From Klebsiella phage ST13-OXA48phi12.5: a DNA stretch of 44,913 nt. A model generated the notes under the pieces. The model saw only the letters and a list, made by a program, of their open reading frames with translations, had not been told where the DNA came from and did not search any database. The position numbers and the translations under genes are program-made. The stretch is taken from the sequence record MK714353.1. One strand, written 5' to 3'. Shown here one piece after another: positions 24,865 to 34,205 of the stretch; the stretch's first letter is position 1; each line of letters begins with the position of its first letter.

Positions 24865-26130
24865 ATGCCAATGCAGGTCAATATCACCACCAAGGTGAAC
24901 AGCCAGTCTATCCGGCGCGAAACATACAACGGTCGTGAGCATCTGGTGCTGCCGAGTTACACGCTGCCGGCCAATGTCGTCATGAATGGCGGCCTGTACA
25001 CGCAGCAAGAAATCGACGCCCATTATCAGGGGCTTGAAGGCACCCTGGCGCCGCTGGGGCATCCGCAGGTTAACGGCCAGTTTGTATCTGCCTTCTCACC
25101 GGAGGGTATCAATGCCGGCCATATCGGCGCTTGGAACCGCAATGTTAAGAAGTCCGGTAACCGTATCTATCTCGAAAAGTGGGTCGATGTGGCACGCGCT
25201 GGCGAGTCTGAAGGCGGTAAAGAATTGCTTGAGCGTGTCGCAGCTATCGAGCGCGGTGAAGACGTCCCACCCATTCACACCAGTGTGGCGGCATTCCTCG
25301 ACCAACTTGAACCAAATGAGCAGCAGCGTGCAACAGGCGCTGATTGGGTGGCAAAAATCCACAGCATGGACCATGACGCGATTCTCCTGCATGAGGTCGG
25401 AGCGGCCACCCCAGAGCAAGGTGTTGGCCTGATGGTTAACGCTGACATGGCGAAGCCGTTAAAGGCCAATTCTGGCGCGCTGATAGGGGAATCTTACCGG
25501 GAGCGCGAGCAGCGCCTCGATAGAGCTGCCAAAGCTAAGTTTGCGGCCGGCCAGGACGAATACGCCTGGGTGGCTGACTTCACTGACTCGCAAGCGGTAA
25601 TCATCCGTAACGGCGGCAATGCTGAGGTGTTTGGCTACAAGTCAGAAGGCGGGATTATCACCTTCGACGATACCGGTACCGCAGTTGCACGACAGGAGTC
25701 GTGGGTGGCTGTCGTCACTAACAAACTCAAAGCTCTATTCACTCCGCAGGAACAGCCTGCACCAAACCACAAAACGGAGGGCGACATGCCTTTAACCAAA
25801 GAAGAACTGGAACAAATCGGCAGCATGATCGGCCAGGCTGTTGCGACCAATACCGAGGCGGCTATTAAGCCTCTTGCAGAAAAGGTTGATGCGCTGCAGG
25901 TCAATCAGCTGCAAATTGCAGAAACCCTGACAGCCAACTCCCGCGCTGAAGAAAAAAACAAGCGTGAAGCAGTTGCGAAAGTCCACGGCGATATCGTCGC
26001 CAATGCGCTGTCTGGAGAAGCGCTGGATGCGATGTTTAAAACCATCGGTGAAGCCGCTCCGTTGGGAACCAACAATGCTCAGCAGCCGAAAGAAACTGGC
26101 GCGCCTGCCGCATCTGAATACTTCAAATAA
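24865..26130 (+). CDS. Putative scaffolding / prohead core protein
   Basis: 421 aa between the head-morphogenesis and capsid genes, with a long helical Ala/Glu/Lys-rich C-terminal half. Family not firmly recognised. Confidence 0.35.
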   Translation: MPMQVNITTKVNSQSIRRETYNGREHLVLPSYTLPANVVMNGGLYTQQEIDAHYQGLEGTLAPLGHPQVNGQFVSAFSPEGINAGHIGAWNRNVKKSGNRIYLEKWVDVARAGESEGGKELLERVAAIERGEDVPPIHTSVAAFLDQLEPNEQQRATGADWVAKIHSMDHDAILLHEVGAATPEQGVGLMVNADMAKPLKANSGALIGESYREREQRLDRAAKAKFAAGQDEYAWVADFTDSQAVIIRNGGNAEVFGYKSEGGIITFDDTGTAVARQESWVAVVTNKLKALFTPQEQPAPNHKTEGDMPLTKEELEQIGSMIGQAVATNTEAAIKPLAEKVDALQVNQLQIAETLTANSRAEEKNKREAVAKVHGDIVANALSGEALDAMFKTIGEAAPLGTNNAQQPKETGAPAASEYFK

Positions 26131-26142
26131 GGAGCCGGAATA

Positions 26143-26592
26143 ATGGCACGTTATCGTCGCGTTAATATCGACGGTCTGTCTCTTTACAAGACCGAAACCC
26201 GCACCACGGCCGCCGATCTTCTTCCAGGCACCGCGGCTACCATCAACTCCTCTGATGAATTTGCTCAGGCAGCCGCTCTAACTGGCCGCCTGTACATTAT
26301 CGATGTCGGCTACCACCAGGGACTGACTATCACCGAAGCAATTCCTGCCGGTGATTCTGCGGTCGGGAACTATGTCGAAGAGGGACGTGAGCTGGCGTTA
26401 CGCTGCCTGCCTGGTGCGTATAAGAAAGACAGCCCTATCAAACTTGGTACGGCTGGTCAGTTTACCCTGGCAACCGATGACACTGATTCAGTGATCGGCT
26501 ACAGCCAGGATGAATACACCATCGCGGCCAGCACCACTGACTTCATTCGCGTGCGCATGCGCGTTGGCACTGTCGCCGCAGCTGGCGCGTAA
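26143..26592 (+). CDS. Hypothetical head protein (149 aa; decoration or cement candidate)
   Basis: Small beta-rich ORF immediately upstream of the major capsid gene. Confidence 0.3.
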   Translation: MARYRRVNIDGLSLYKTETRTTAADLLPGTAATINSSDEFAQAAALTGRLYIIDVGYHQGLTITEAIPAGDSAVGNYVEEGRELALRCLPGAYKKDSPIKLGTAGQFTLATDDTDSVIGYSQDEYTIAASTTDFIRVRMRVGTVAAAGA

Positions 26593-26609
26593 CAAAAGGA
26601 TAAACACAT

Positions 26610-27686
26610 ATGTACTTCTCTAAAGAGACGCTGGCGACCAACTCCCGCCTTGGCGGCCACTGGAACGAGCTGTGGGCAAACCGCAATATGTGGAACCTGC
26701 AGAACGATTCCATCATTGCGGCAAACCGCGCAATCATGACTCCTGACATGCTGGCTTGTAACGCAGTTGGTGGTTTTTCCCGTGACTTCTGGGCTGAGAT
26801 TGATAACCAGGTACTGCAACTGCGCGATCAGGAAGTTGGCATGGAAATCGTGAACGACCTGATCAGCGTTCAGACAGTGCTGCCGGTAGGTAAAACCGCC
26901 AAGCTGTATAACGTAGTTGGTGACATCGCTGACGACGTGTCAGTCAGCATTGATGGTCAGGCGCCATTTTCATTCGACCATACTGAATACGCCAGTGATG
27001 GCGATCCGATCCCGGTATTTACTGCCGGTTACGGTGTTAACTGGCGCCATGCTGCCGGCTTAAACTCTGTGGGCATTGACCTTGTGCTGGACTCGCAGAT
27101 GTCAAAGATGCGCAAGTTCAACAAGAAGCGCGTTAACTACTACCTGAACGGCGATTCAAAAATTCAGGTTCAGTCCTACCCAGCGCAGGGAATCAAGAAC
27201 CACCGTAACACCAAGAAGATTAACCTCGGTTCTGGTGCAGGTGGTGCGAATATCGACCTTACTACTGCAGACATGACCGCGATCTTTGCATTCTTCGGTA
27301 AAGGCGCATTTGGTACCACCGCACGCACGAACAAGGTATCCGCATACGATGTGATGTGGGTTTCTCCGGAAATCTGGGCGAACCTGGCTCAGCCGTATGT
27401 GGTCAATGGCGTTGTAAGCGGAAATGTACTGCAGGCGGTGCTGCCGTTCGCACCGGTCAAAGAGATTCGCATGAGCTACGCGCTGAGCGGTAACGAGTTT
27501 ATCGCGTACGTTCGTCGTCGTGACGTAATCTCTCCACTGGTTGGTATGGCTGTCGGTGTTGTCCCGCTGCCGCGTCCACTGCCTAACGTTAACTACAACT
27601 TCCAGATCATGTCTGCTGAAGGTCTGCAAATCACTGCAGACGATCAGGGCCTGTCTGGCGTTGTCTTCGGCGCGAACCTGGCGTAA
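26610..27686 (+). CDS. Major capsid protein
   Basis: 358 aa in the capsid position with a strong upstream Shine-Dalgarno. A terminator/attenuator follows shortly downstream. Confidence 0.6.
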   Translation: MYFSKETLATNSRLGGHWNELWANRNMWNLQNDSIIAANRAIMTPDMLACNAVGGFSRDFWAEIDNQVLQLRDQEVGMEIVNDLISVQTVLPVGKTAKLYNVVGDIADDVSVSIDGQAPFSFDHTEYASDGDPIPVFTAGYGVNWRHAAGLNSVGIDLVLDSQMSKMRKFNKKRVNYYLNGDSKIQVQSYPAQGIKNHRNTKKINLGSGAGGANIDLTTADMTAIFAFFGKGAFGTTARTNKVSAYDVMWVSPEIWANLAQPYVVNGVVSGNVLQAVLPFAPVKEIRMSYALSGNEFIAYVRRRDVISPLVGMAVGVVPLPRPLPNVNYNFQIMSAEGLQITADDQGLSGVVFGANLA

Positions 27687-27695
27687 GGAAACAGC

Positions 27696-27989
27696 ATGGC
27701 TAAATATGAAGTGGTGCGCCCGTGGAATGGCGTAGCGCTGGGGCAGGTTGTTGAACTTGAAAATCTTCATCCGGCCCTGAAGTCAAACGTTCGTCTCATG
27801 CGCGGCGAAGCAGGTGGGGAACTCTCTCCGGCAACACCAGAAGCAGGCACTGATACAAAATCTCGAAAAGAGATTATTCAGGCCCGCCTGACGGAATTAG
27901 GCATCGAGTTTAAAGGAAACCTAGGGGCTGAAAAGCTTGGTGAGATGTTGCCGGATGGCGAACTTGAAAAGCTTTTCCCTGCTGAATAA
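27696..27989 (+). CDS. Hypothetical protein (97 aa) after the capsid gene
   Basis: ORF with an AGGAAAC Shine-Dalgarno. Followed by an intrinsic terminator. Confidence 0.35.
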   Translation: MAKYEVVRPWNGVALGQVVELENLHPALKSNVRLMRGEAGGELSPATPEAGTDTKSRKEIIQARLTELGIEFKGNLGAEKLGEMLPDGELEKLFPAE

Positions 27990-27991
27990 CA

Positions 27992-28014
27992 GCCGCCGCT
28001 AAGGCGGTTTTTTT
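27992..28014 (+). terminator. Rho-independent terminator/attenuator after the capsid module
   Basis: GCCGCC-GCTAA-GGCGG hairpin followed by TTTTTTT. Confidence 0.55.
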
Positions 28015-28055
28015 ATGCCCTGTGAAAACAGGGCTTCATTCTCACGGAGCCGATA

Positions 28056-28457
28056 ATGGTAACTCTCGACCAAGCGAAGGAGTATCTGGAAGGTCAGGGG
28101 ATTACCATCCCTGACTTTGTACTCCAGGCGTTCGTTGATGAGGCGAACAGCATTCAGGACTGCCTTGATGCACATTACCCTGCATCGACGGCCTTGCTGA
28201 TTCAGCTCTACCTCTTGGCGTTGATGGGGCTCGGGAGTGGAGATAAATACATTTCCAGCCAGACGGCGCCAAGCGGTGCATCCCGCTCTTTCCGTTACCA
28301 GTCATTCTCTGACCGATGGAAGGCATCCGTAAACCTGCTGCGCAGTCTGGATAAATACGGGTGCGCCAGCGCGCTGATTCCTGCAGACCCTACCGCCTCG
28401 CCGGCATTCGCTGGTATCTGGATAGGTAAAGGCGGATGCATGTGCGGGGATAAGTAA
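28056..28457 (+). CDS. Head-tail connector / head completion protein (gp6-like)
   Basis: 133 aa, first gene of the connector cluster. TAATG coupling to the next ORF. Confidence 0.4.
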   Translation: MVTLDQAKEYLEGQGITIPDFVLQAFVDEANSIQDCLDAHYPASTALLIQLYLLALMGLGSGDKYISSQTAPSGASRSFRYQSFSDRWKASVNLLRSLDKYGCASALIPADPTASPAFAGIWIGKGGCMCGDK

Positions 28458-28630
28458 TGGCGTGGGTTTCTGTTCAGCAGCAGCTGCCGCGGACGTTTAC
28501 CCGGGTGTGGGTGATCACCGATACCGGCCAGCAAACGACGGCGTACGTGAAAAGCGACGGCGAGTGGTTCATAAACTGCGACCGCATACGCGCCACAGGC
28601 GCTGTTGTGCTGCGATGGAGGGATGGCTGA
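28457..28630 (+). CDS. Hypothetical small protein (57 aa)
   Basis: MAWVSVQQQLPRTFTRVWVITDTGQQTTAYVKSDGEWFINCDRIRATGAVVLRWRDG. TAATG and TGATG overlaps on both sides. Below the track cutoff. Confidence 0.3.
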   Translation: MAWVSVQQQLPRTFTRVWVITDTGQQTTAYVKSDGEWFINCDRIRATGAVVLRWRDG

Positions 28631-28992
28631 TGTCTTCGGTAGCAAACTGGAGCTATACCGCTACGGCGACTATCTGGCGGCGCATACGCGATGCTGACGG
28701 TAGCGATACCGACGGCGGAGGTCAGCCGTATGGATGGGGGCCGCCGATCGCTATCCTCTGCGACTACCAGGGCGGTCTCTCTGCGAAAATCGGCGACATT
28801 GGCCGGGAAATTGTGGTTAAAAACACGATATGGACCGAGTACGCAACGGCGCGGGAGGGAGATTACATCCTGATTGGCGCGTCGACCGATGCGGCTCCGC
28901 CGGATGAGGCCGACGAGATACGGCAAATCGTCCAGTTCGCCGATACGTTCGAGCGACTGGCGGACGATTTCGCACTGATTACGGGAGTCTGA
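28630..28992 (+). CDS. Head-tail adaptor / head closure protein (120 aa)
   Basis: Start taken at the ATG at 28630 (MSSVANW), which is translationally coupled. The track ORF extends upstream in the same frame, but that extension overlaps the preceding gene. Confidence 0.4.
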   Translation: MSSVANWSYTATATIWRRIRDADGSDTDGGGQPYGWGPPIAILCDYQGGLSAKIGDIGREIVVKNTIWTEYATAREGDYILIGASTDAAPPDEADEIRQIVQFADTFERLADDFALITGV

Positions 28993-28994
28993 TT

Positions 28995-29363
28995 ATGGGC
29001 GCTAAAGTTCGCGGCATCCGCCAGGCCAAGGCCAACCTCGATCGCATCATCAAAGACGTCCAGGGACGCAAAGTCGTGCGAGCAATCCAGTCGGCGATGC
29101 TTATCGGTAGCGCGCAGGCAGCACTTTACACCCCGATCGATACGTCGACGCTCATCAACAGCCAGTTCCGCGAAATCACGGCTAACGGCACCAGGGTAAC
29201 CGGGCGCGTTGGTTACTCCGCCAACTATGCGGTGTATGTTCACGACCCGGCAGTGAAACAGAACTTCACGCGAGCAACGGCCCGCAAGGAGTTCTTAACG
29301 AAGGGCTTCGAGGATACCCGCAGCCAGATTGACGCGGTGGTGAAGAAGGAGCTTTCGCTATGA
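28995..29363 (+). CDS. Tail component, HK97 gp10-like
   Basis: 122 aa in the position between adaptor and tail terminator. The HK97 gp10 family assignment is from memory. Confidence 0.45.
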   Translation: MGAKVRGIRQAKANLDRIIKDVQGRKVVRAIQSAMLIGSAQAALYTPIDTSTLINSQFREITANGTRVTGRVGYSANYAVYVHDPAVKQNFTRATARKEFLTKGFEDTRSQIDAVVKKELSL

Positions 29364-29743
29364 CCCCTCCGATGTATATGCGCCTCAAAGACCTGTTTGT
29401 GGCTGAGGGGCTTGCCGCGGGGTTTAAGGTCCAGTGGCGGCAATGGCGCGACACCGGGAAAGATACCGATCAGTTCATCGTGTTCCGGTCTTCAGGCGGT
29501 ACCGATATCACCTTTGACCTTGGCGGAGACTGGTATGTGATGGTTGATGTGATCTCCTCGAAGGCCAATCCCGATGCTGCTGACGCCGCGGTAAACGCCA
29601 TTGTCGAGTATATCAGCGCGCAATCCGGCGCCGATGATTGCGTTGGCGCGCTGCGGCTTGTCGGTAATGTCCCGGCGCCGATCCCCACCGAAGAGGGCCG
29701 ATTAGTAACCCGGCTGCTCGTCTCATGCACATACGGCGAATAA
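29360..29743 (+). CDS. Tail completion / tail terminator-like protein
   Basis: 127 aa, ATGA-coupled, immediately upstream of the major tail gene. Confidence 0.4.
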   Translation: MTPPMYMRLKDLFVAEGLAAGFKVQWRQWRDTGKDTDQFIVFRSSGGTDITFDLGGDWYVMVDVISSKANPDAADAAVNAIVEYISAQSGADDCVGALRLVGNVPAPIPTEEGRLVTRLLVSCTYGE

Positions 29744-29761
29744 TCGCCAGAATCACCCATC

Positions 29762-29790
29762 AGGCTGCCATATGGCGGCCTTTTTATTTT
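29762..29790 (+). terminator. Hairpin plus T-run (attenuator) before the major tail gene
   Basis: AGGCTGCC-ATAT-GGCGGCCT followed by TTTTTATTTT. Confidence 0.5.
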
Positions 29791-29801
29791 GAGAGGTACA
29801 C

Positions 29802-30566
29802 ATGCAAGGCTGTGCTAATGATACCGGCAAGCTGATTGGTAAGGTGGCCGTGCTACGCATGGCTATGGGCTGTGCTGATACCGTTCCGGCCCTTTCCGAA
29901 TGGAAACGCCTGGGCGCGCTAACCACCAAGGGCTTTGACTACTCCATGAATACCGTCACCTCTGAGGCTGACGATACGAAAGGTCTGGTTGAGAACCTGG
30001 TCAACAACATGGATTTCACCATTTCCGGTGAAGGGGAATTCCGTAAGCAGGATAAAACGACTGAAATCGGCGCCATTGCTATCTCGAAATATATTTTCGA
30101 TGAAGTTCAGGCCGGTCGCCAGCCGACGCTGTGGGTCCGCTTTGACTTTACTGGTGAAGACGCCGGCACCTACATCATGGGGTACTTCAACACCACCTCC
30201 TGGTCTGGTGATTTCGGCACCACGGATATTTCGACCTTCTCCGGGGAGTGGAAAGTCTACGACGCTGACACCGTGGTATTTGAAGTCGCTCCGCCGGCGC
30301 TGGCGTTCACCACTAACCTACCGACCACCAAGAGCGTGGTGGCCGGATCGGCTCTGAATATGTCGGTAGTAGTTGAGGGTGGAACTTCTCCTTACACCTA
30401 CGTCTGGAAGAAAGACGGAACGGTTGTCAGCGGGCAAACAACGGCGACCTTCAACAAGGCCAGCGCTGTTTCTGGTGATGCCGGGGTTTATACCTGTGAA
30501 GTCACCGATTCTTCCGCGACGCCGGTCAAGATCACCTCTGCGTCCTGCACGGTCACTATCAGTTAA
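29802..30566 (+). CDS. Major tail (tube) protein with C-terminal Ig-like (Big_2-type) domain
   Basis: Sits in the position before the chaperone and tape measure. The C-terminal ~90 aa (PTTKSVVAGSALNMSVVVEGGTSPYTYVWKKDGTVVSG ... YTCEVTD) looks like a bacterial Ig-like domain, as in lambda gpV. Confidence 0.65.
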   Translation: MQGCANDTGKLIGKVAVLRMAMGCADTVPALSEWKRLGALTTKGFDYSMNTVTSEADDTKGLVENLVNNMDFTISGEGEFRKQDKTTEIGAIAISKYIFDEVQAGRQPTLWVRFDFTGEDAGTYIMGYFNTTSWSGDFGTTDISTFSGEWKVYDADTVVFEVAPPALAFTTNLPTTKSVVAGSALNMSVVVEGGTSPYTYVWKKDGTVVSGQTTATFNKASAVSGDAGVYTCEVTDSSATPVKITSASCTVTIS

Positions 30567-30633
30567 CCACCAGGCTATTTCGTGAATAGTACAAAGGGCG
30601 TTCTGCGCCCTTGATACTGTTTATGGAGCGACT

Positions 30634-31323
30634 ATGACCCCGATTAAAGAATTAGGCGAATGCGTTATCGGTAGCGGTGACCGGGAATTCTTTTTCCGGC
30701 CGTCGTTTCGCAACATGGCGCGAATCGGTGAGCCCGAGGAGATTGTTCAGGCGTTCTATGACCTGTGCAATGACGAGGCGACGCCATTCGCGCAGCGCGT
30801 AGCTGAGGCCTATATCCGCGATGAGTACAGCCGAATTCCTTATTGCGTCCTGCGGTTTATGCAAAGCGGGCTTCTGTCACGCAAAGCAATCATGGCCGCG
30901 CATACGGTACTGACAGCATGTTGTGACGATGATATCGGCGATCTGGTTGGATGGATGAAGCCGGGGAAATCACGCAAGCGTGGCTTCGTCTGGCGCCCGG
31001 GCAGCATGCCGCCGGAAAGCATGGTCATCGTCGCGCAAAACCTGATGATGCACGGCATCATCGGCAAGGCCAAGGTGCGCAAGCTGCAGCGTTACGAAAC
31101 GAACGAGACCACCGCAGAATTCCGCGCCGCCGACTACATCATGGCGGCCAGAAACCATTTCTGCATAAGCCGGGAAGAGGCTGAGAACCTCACGATGACA
31201 GAGTTCGCCATGATGATTAACGCCAAATACCCCAATCAGAACGGCTTCACGCGCGAAGAGTACGACACGGTCATGGACGAAGACGATCGCCGCTGGCAGG
31301 CGATGATGGAGCAGGAGAGATAG
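30634..31323 (+). CDS. Putative tail assembly chaperone
   Basis: 229-aa acidic protein between the major tail and (after a cargo island) the tape measure. No G/GT frameshift was identified. Confidence 0.35.
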   Translation: MTPIKELGECVIGSGDREFFFRPSFRNMARIGEPEEIVQAFYDLCNDEATPFAQRVAEAYIRDEYSRIPYCVLRFMQSGLLSRKAIMAAHTVLTACCDDDIGDLVGWMKPGKSRKRGFVWRPGSMPPESMVIVAQNLMMHGIIGKAKVRKLQRYETNETTAEFRAADYIMAARNHFCISREEAENLTMTEFAMMINAKYPNQNGFTREEYDTVMDEDDRRWQAMMEQER

Positions 31324-31625
31324 AGTACTTAAGGGTATTTTTATTGTCCGAATGATACTGTGAGTGATCGATGGCACACACCGCACAAATTGTGAGATCG
31401 ATTTAACCCCCTCTAAAACGAAGCCAGAAGCGCTACAAGAGGCGATAATTTGAGGCGTGCCCTGGTACACAGCATTTTTTCGCTGTTCTTGGCAATTTTT
31501 AGGGCCATTCTGGGTGAGATAGATTCAACCAAAGGTTGAAGGATTAACTTTAAGGTAATAAACTCGATGTCAAGTGATAGTTGTAGATGGTATGGGGTTG
31601 TGCTTGAGTAAGTTTTGGAGGAGTT

Positions 31626-32189
31626 ATGTTTAGCGAAGAAAAAGTAGCTCAAATGGCTGCTTACCTACTGTCGAAGGACGGTGGGCGCATGGCATACCTA
31701 AAGCTTATCAAACTGCTTTATCTTTCTGATCGTCAGTCTATGGGCGTTTATGGAGAATCTATAAGCGGAGATAGATTTGTCGCTATGAAGCACGGTCCTG
31801 TTCTCTCACAAACCTATGACCTTGTCAAAAATGGCGGGGAGGTAGAAAGCGGCTGGAATCACTGGATACGAGGCGCGGAGAATTATGAAGTTGCGCTTAA
31901 ACCAATGGCCGTTTCTGTTGAAGATTTAGATGAACTTAGCGAAGCTGATATCGAAATTCTCGATAGCATAATGGCTGAGTTTGGTCATATGTCAAAATAC
32001 CAGATTCGTGATTTTACTCATGACCATTGTGCGGAGTGGCAAGACCCCGGTTGCACTTCTGTGGCTATACCTCATTCAGCCACTTTTGCAGCGTTAGGCA
32101 AGCCCCCAGAAACGGCGTCAGCGCTTCAGGATCGCCTTTTCGAACGTGAGCAACTAGATCGGACATTGTCTGTATACAAATTTAGGTAG
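31626..32189 (+). CDS. Panacea-domain (DUF4065, GepA/SocA-like) antitoxin-type protein
   Basis: N-terminal AAYLLSKDGGRMAYLKLIKLLYLSDRQSMGVYGESISGDRFVAMKHGPVLSQTY matches the DUF4065 hallmark (...HLKLQKLLYYAQGWHLALYGEPLFDEEIEAWKYGPV...). AT-rich context. GGAGG Shine-Dalgarno. Confidence 0.7.
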   Translation: MFSEEKVAQMAAYLLSKDGGRMAYLKLIKLLYLSDRQSMGVYGESISGDRFVAMKHGPVLSQTYDLVKNGGEVESGWNHWIRGAENYEVALKPMAVSVEDLDELSEADIEILDSIMAEFGHMSKYQIRDFTHDHCAEWQDPGCTSVAIPHSATFAALGKPPETASALQDRLFEREQLDRTLSVYKFR

Positions 32190-32192
32190 CAG

Positions 32193-32600
32193 ATGAATAC
32201 ATTCATCCCTTTGGCAAAAGGTTCTATTTTAGTTCCATCTGGAAGGGATAAGCATTTGCATATCATTTGCAATGATCCAGTGCCTTACCCCAAGTATGCT
32301 AATGCAGAATCAGTTCTTTTGGTTAATATAACAACGCTCTATCCAGACCTACCATATGATGCGTCTTGTATTTTAGACGTTGGTGATCATCCATTCATAA
32401 AACACCAAAGCTTTGTTTATTATGGAAAGGCTGATATTTTTGCTGCTACCAGCTTAATGGCAGGAGTCCAGTCAGGAGAGCTCAAGATACGTCAAGCCTG
32501 CCCTGACCCTACGTTTACTCGAATTCTGTCTGGTTTTGAGGTTTCCAAAAGAGTTCCTGGTAAAGTAAAAAATTACTATCAAAAGTATATAGTTAAATAA
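32193..32600 (+). CDS. Unknown 135-aa protein tightly coupled (3-nt gap) to the Panacea-domain gene; candidate toxin partner
   Basis: Immediately downstream in the same operon, with no recognisable family, no TM segment, and a bidirectional terminator directly after it. Confidence 0.4.
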   Translation: MNTFIPLAKGSILVPSGRDKHLHIICNDPVPYPKYANAESVLLVNITTLYPDLPYDASCILDVGDHPFIKHQSFVYYGKADIFAATSLMAGVQSGELKIRQACPDPTFTRILSGFEVSKRVPGKVKNYYQKYIVK

Positions 32601-32625
32601 CCCGCCAACTGGCGGGTTATTCTTT
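32597..32625. terminator. Bidirectional intrinsic terminator between convergent genes
   Basis: AACCCGCC-AACT-GGCGGGTT hairpin flanked by T-runs on both strands. Confidence 0.5.
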
Positions 32626-32636
32626 CTGGTCCCTGC

Positions 32637-33110
32637 TCACTTCCCAAGTAGCGCTGAAAATCCTGCAGTCGTCACGGCTTGTACCACGGTTTTAATGGCT
32701 TCCGTCGACATTTCGCTGAGAGTCGACTTGGCTTTTTCCTTCTGTTCGTCGTTCATGTTTGAAATGGCGATCAGGTCTTCGAGGACAATCACCGCATCCC
32801 GATGAAACTTAATGGTTTGTACGTTCAGAATTGCGCCCAAACCGCCGTCATCGCGAATGAAATCTATGCCTTTGCTGGTGATTTTCGTGAAAGAGTCCAT
32901 TACAGATGGCAGTCGTCGACCTATTTCATTGCTAAGTCTTATCTCAATGAGTCCGTGACCAGCAAGATAAAGTAAGTTGGCAGTAAAGATATTAATGCCT
33001 CCAAATTTTTCTGAAAACTCCTTTGAGAAGCTACTGTCGGCAGATTCTGGGTAAATGTCGCAGAGGCGTTGGAGTAGCTCTCGCTGGATGGTGCGGTCAA
33101 ACTTTTCCAT
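32637..33110 (-). CDS. Hypothetical cytoplasmic protein (157 aa) in cargo island
   Basis: Convergent with the PanA-like operon and divergent from the next gene. AT-rich. No motif recognised. Confidence 0.4.
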   Translation of the reverse strand: MEKFDRTIQRELLQRLCDIYPESADSSFSKEFSEKFGGINIFTANLLYLAGHGLIEIRLSNEIGRRLPSVMDSFTKITSKGIDFIRDDGGLGAILNVQTIKFHRDAVIVLEDLIAISNMNDEQKEKAKSTLSEMSTEAIKTVVQAVTTAGFSALLGK

Positions 33111-33250
33111 GATGATTCCTTGGTTGATGCCTGCTTCAAGATTACCTTGCTATCGTACCGCTGAACATCCTGATAAGCGAACAGGTTGCTTTGTCGTATC
33201 GCTTCCCCTCTGCTACGATTGCCGCATCATTTACTGATGGGGATAGGGAT

Positions 33251-33589
33251 ATGAGGAAGTTTCTGTTAGTGGCTTCGCTTTCGTTGGCATTCAGCACAGC
33301 GGCGTCAACAAGCTATACAAAAGAACAGCTTAATTCAATGGCCGCATCAGGACAGTATCCTGAGCAAGAGTCTCCCGTAACTAAAAGTGTGCAGGTGGTT
33401 GATTTTGATCACTGCAAACAAGATGCGTATAACATTTTTAGCCAGATTAGTGATAGTTATCCGGCCAATGTAATAGTAGATACGAATGTTCTTTACATAG
33501 TTAAATTCTGGACCAACGATGGAACAGTTATGATCTCCTGTTCTGAACCGGATGGAAAGAAGGTTGTAACGTCGTCTGCTTACAAATAA
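33251..33589 (+). CDS. Hypothetical secreted protein (112 aa, signal peptide MRKFLLVASLSLAFSTAAS)
   Basis: Start chosen at the Met at 33251, which gives a canonical Sec signal peptide. Two Cys in the mature part. Confidence 0.4.
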   Translation: MRKFLLVASLSLAFSTAASTSYTKEQLNSMAASGQYPEQESPVTKSVQVVDFDHCKQDAYNIFSQISDSYPANVIVDTNVLYIVKFWTNDGTVMISCSEPDGKKVVTSSAYK

Positions 33590-33629
33590 AGGCCATTAAA
33601 ATGATGAATGAGAAGTCTATTCATAAAGA

Positions 33630-34115
33630 GTGCGGGGTAGCGATGTGAGGCGGTTAATCATTATCGGGCTACTTTTCTTGTCACACTTTTGTTATGCAAA
33701 ATCTGATACTCAGCTCATTAATGATGCAAAAGAGGCAGTAAGAAAAGAGTTATCTCAGAAGTATAAGCCGGGAGACTGCGAAAGATGGCGATTACTTGAA
33801 GCTAGCGGTAAAGCCAGAAGTGGCTCTGCTGTCATTATTTGTGACAGTAATTTCAACCCATTGTTAGGACTGGATTTCTCAGAGATAAAGGTTTTCAGGA
33901 ATGAAAACTCAAACGCTGTCTGTGGTATTGTCTCTGGACATACCGATATAAGTAAAATTGGAGGTCGGTTCGTTTATACAGATGGTGATGCAGGGCATGT
34001 TTTCATTAAGAAATCAAAAGAGCCTGCTTTCTTATCTGATAAGAGCGAAATCGGTCGCAATGCACTGAAGATACTGGATCAGCAATTAAAAATTGAGTCC
34101 AGAAGCTGCGGCTAA
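33630..34115 (+). CDS. Hypothetical secreted protein (about 156-161 aa, signal peptide RRLIIIGLLFLSHFCYA)
   Basis: GTG start at 33630 or 33645. The N-terminal hydrophobic h-region is followed by AKS. Four Cys. Confidence 0.4.
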   Translation: MRGSDVRRLIIIGLLFLSHFCYAKSDTQLINDAKEAVRKELSQKYKPGDCERWRLLEASGKARSGSAVIICDSNFNPLLGLDFSEIKVFRNENSNAVCGIVSGHTDISKIGGRFVYTDGDAGHVFIKKSKEPAFLSDKSEIGRNALKILDQQLKIESRSCG

Positions 34116-34167
34116 TGCAGAGTACGTAATTGGTAACTAATTACGAAACTTTCGTAGACAACACAAA

Positions 34168-34189
34168 CCTCGCTCCGGCGGGGTTTTTT
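34168..34189 (+). terminator. Rho-independent terminator at the end of the cargo island
   Basis: CCTCGC-TCCG-GCGGGG hairpin followed by TTTTTT, immediately upstream of the tape-measure start. Confidence 0.55.
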
Positions 34190-34205
34190 ATTGCCTGGAG
34201 GATAC

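Noticed and set aside
28462-28629. N-terminal extension of the track ORF 28462-28992 (MGFCSAAAAADVY...)
   Set aside because: The extension overlaps the 57-aa ORF in another frame and is Arg/Ala-rich out-of-frame-like sequence. The ATG at 28630 with TGATG coupling gives a sensible 120-aa adaptor protein.
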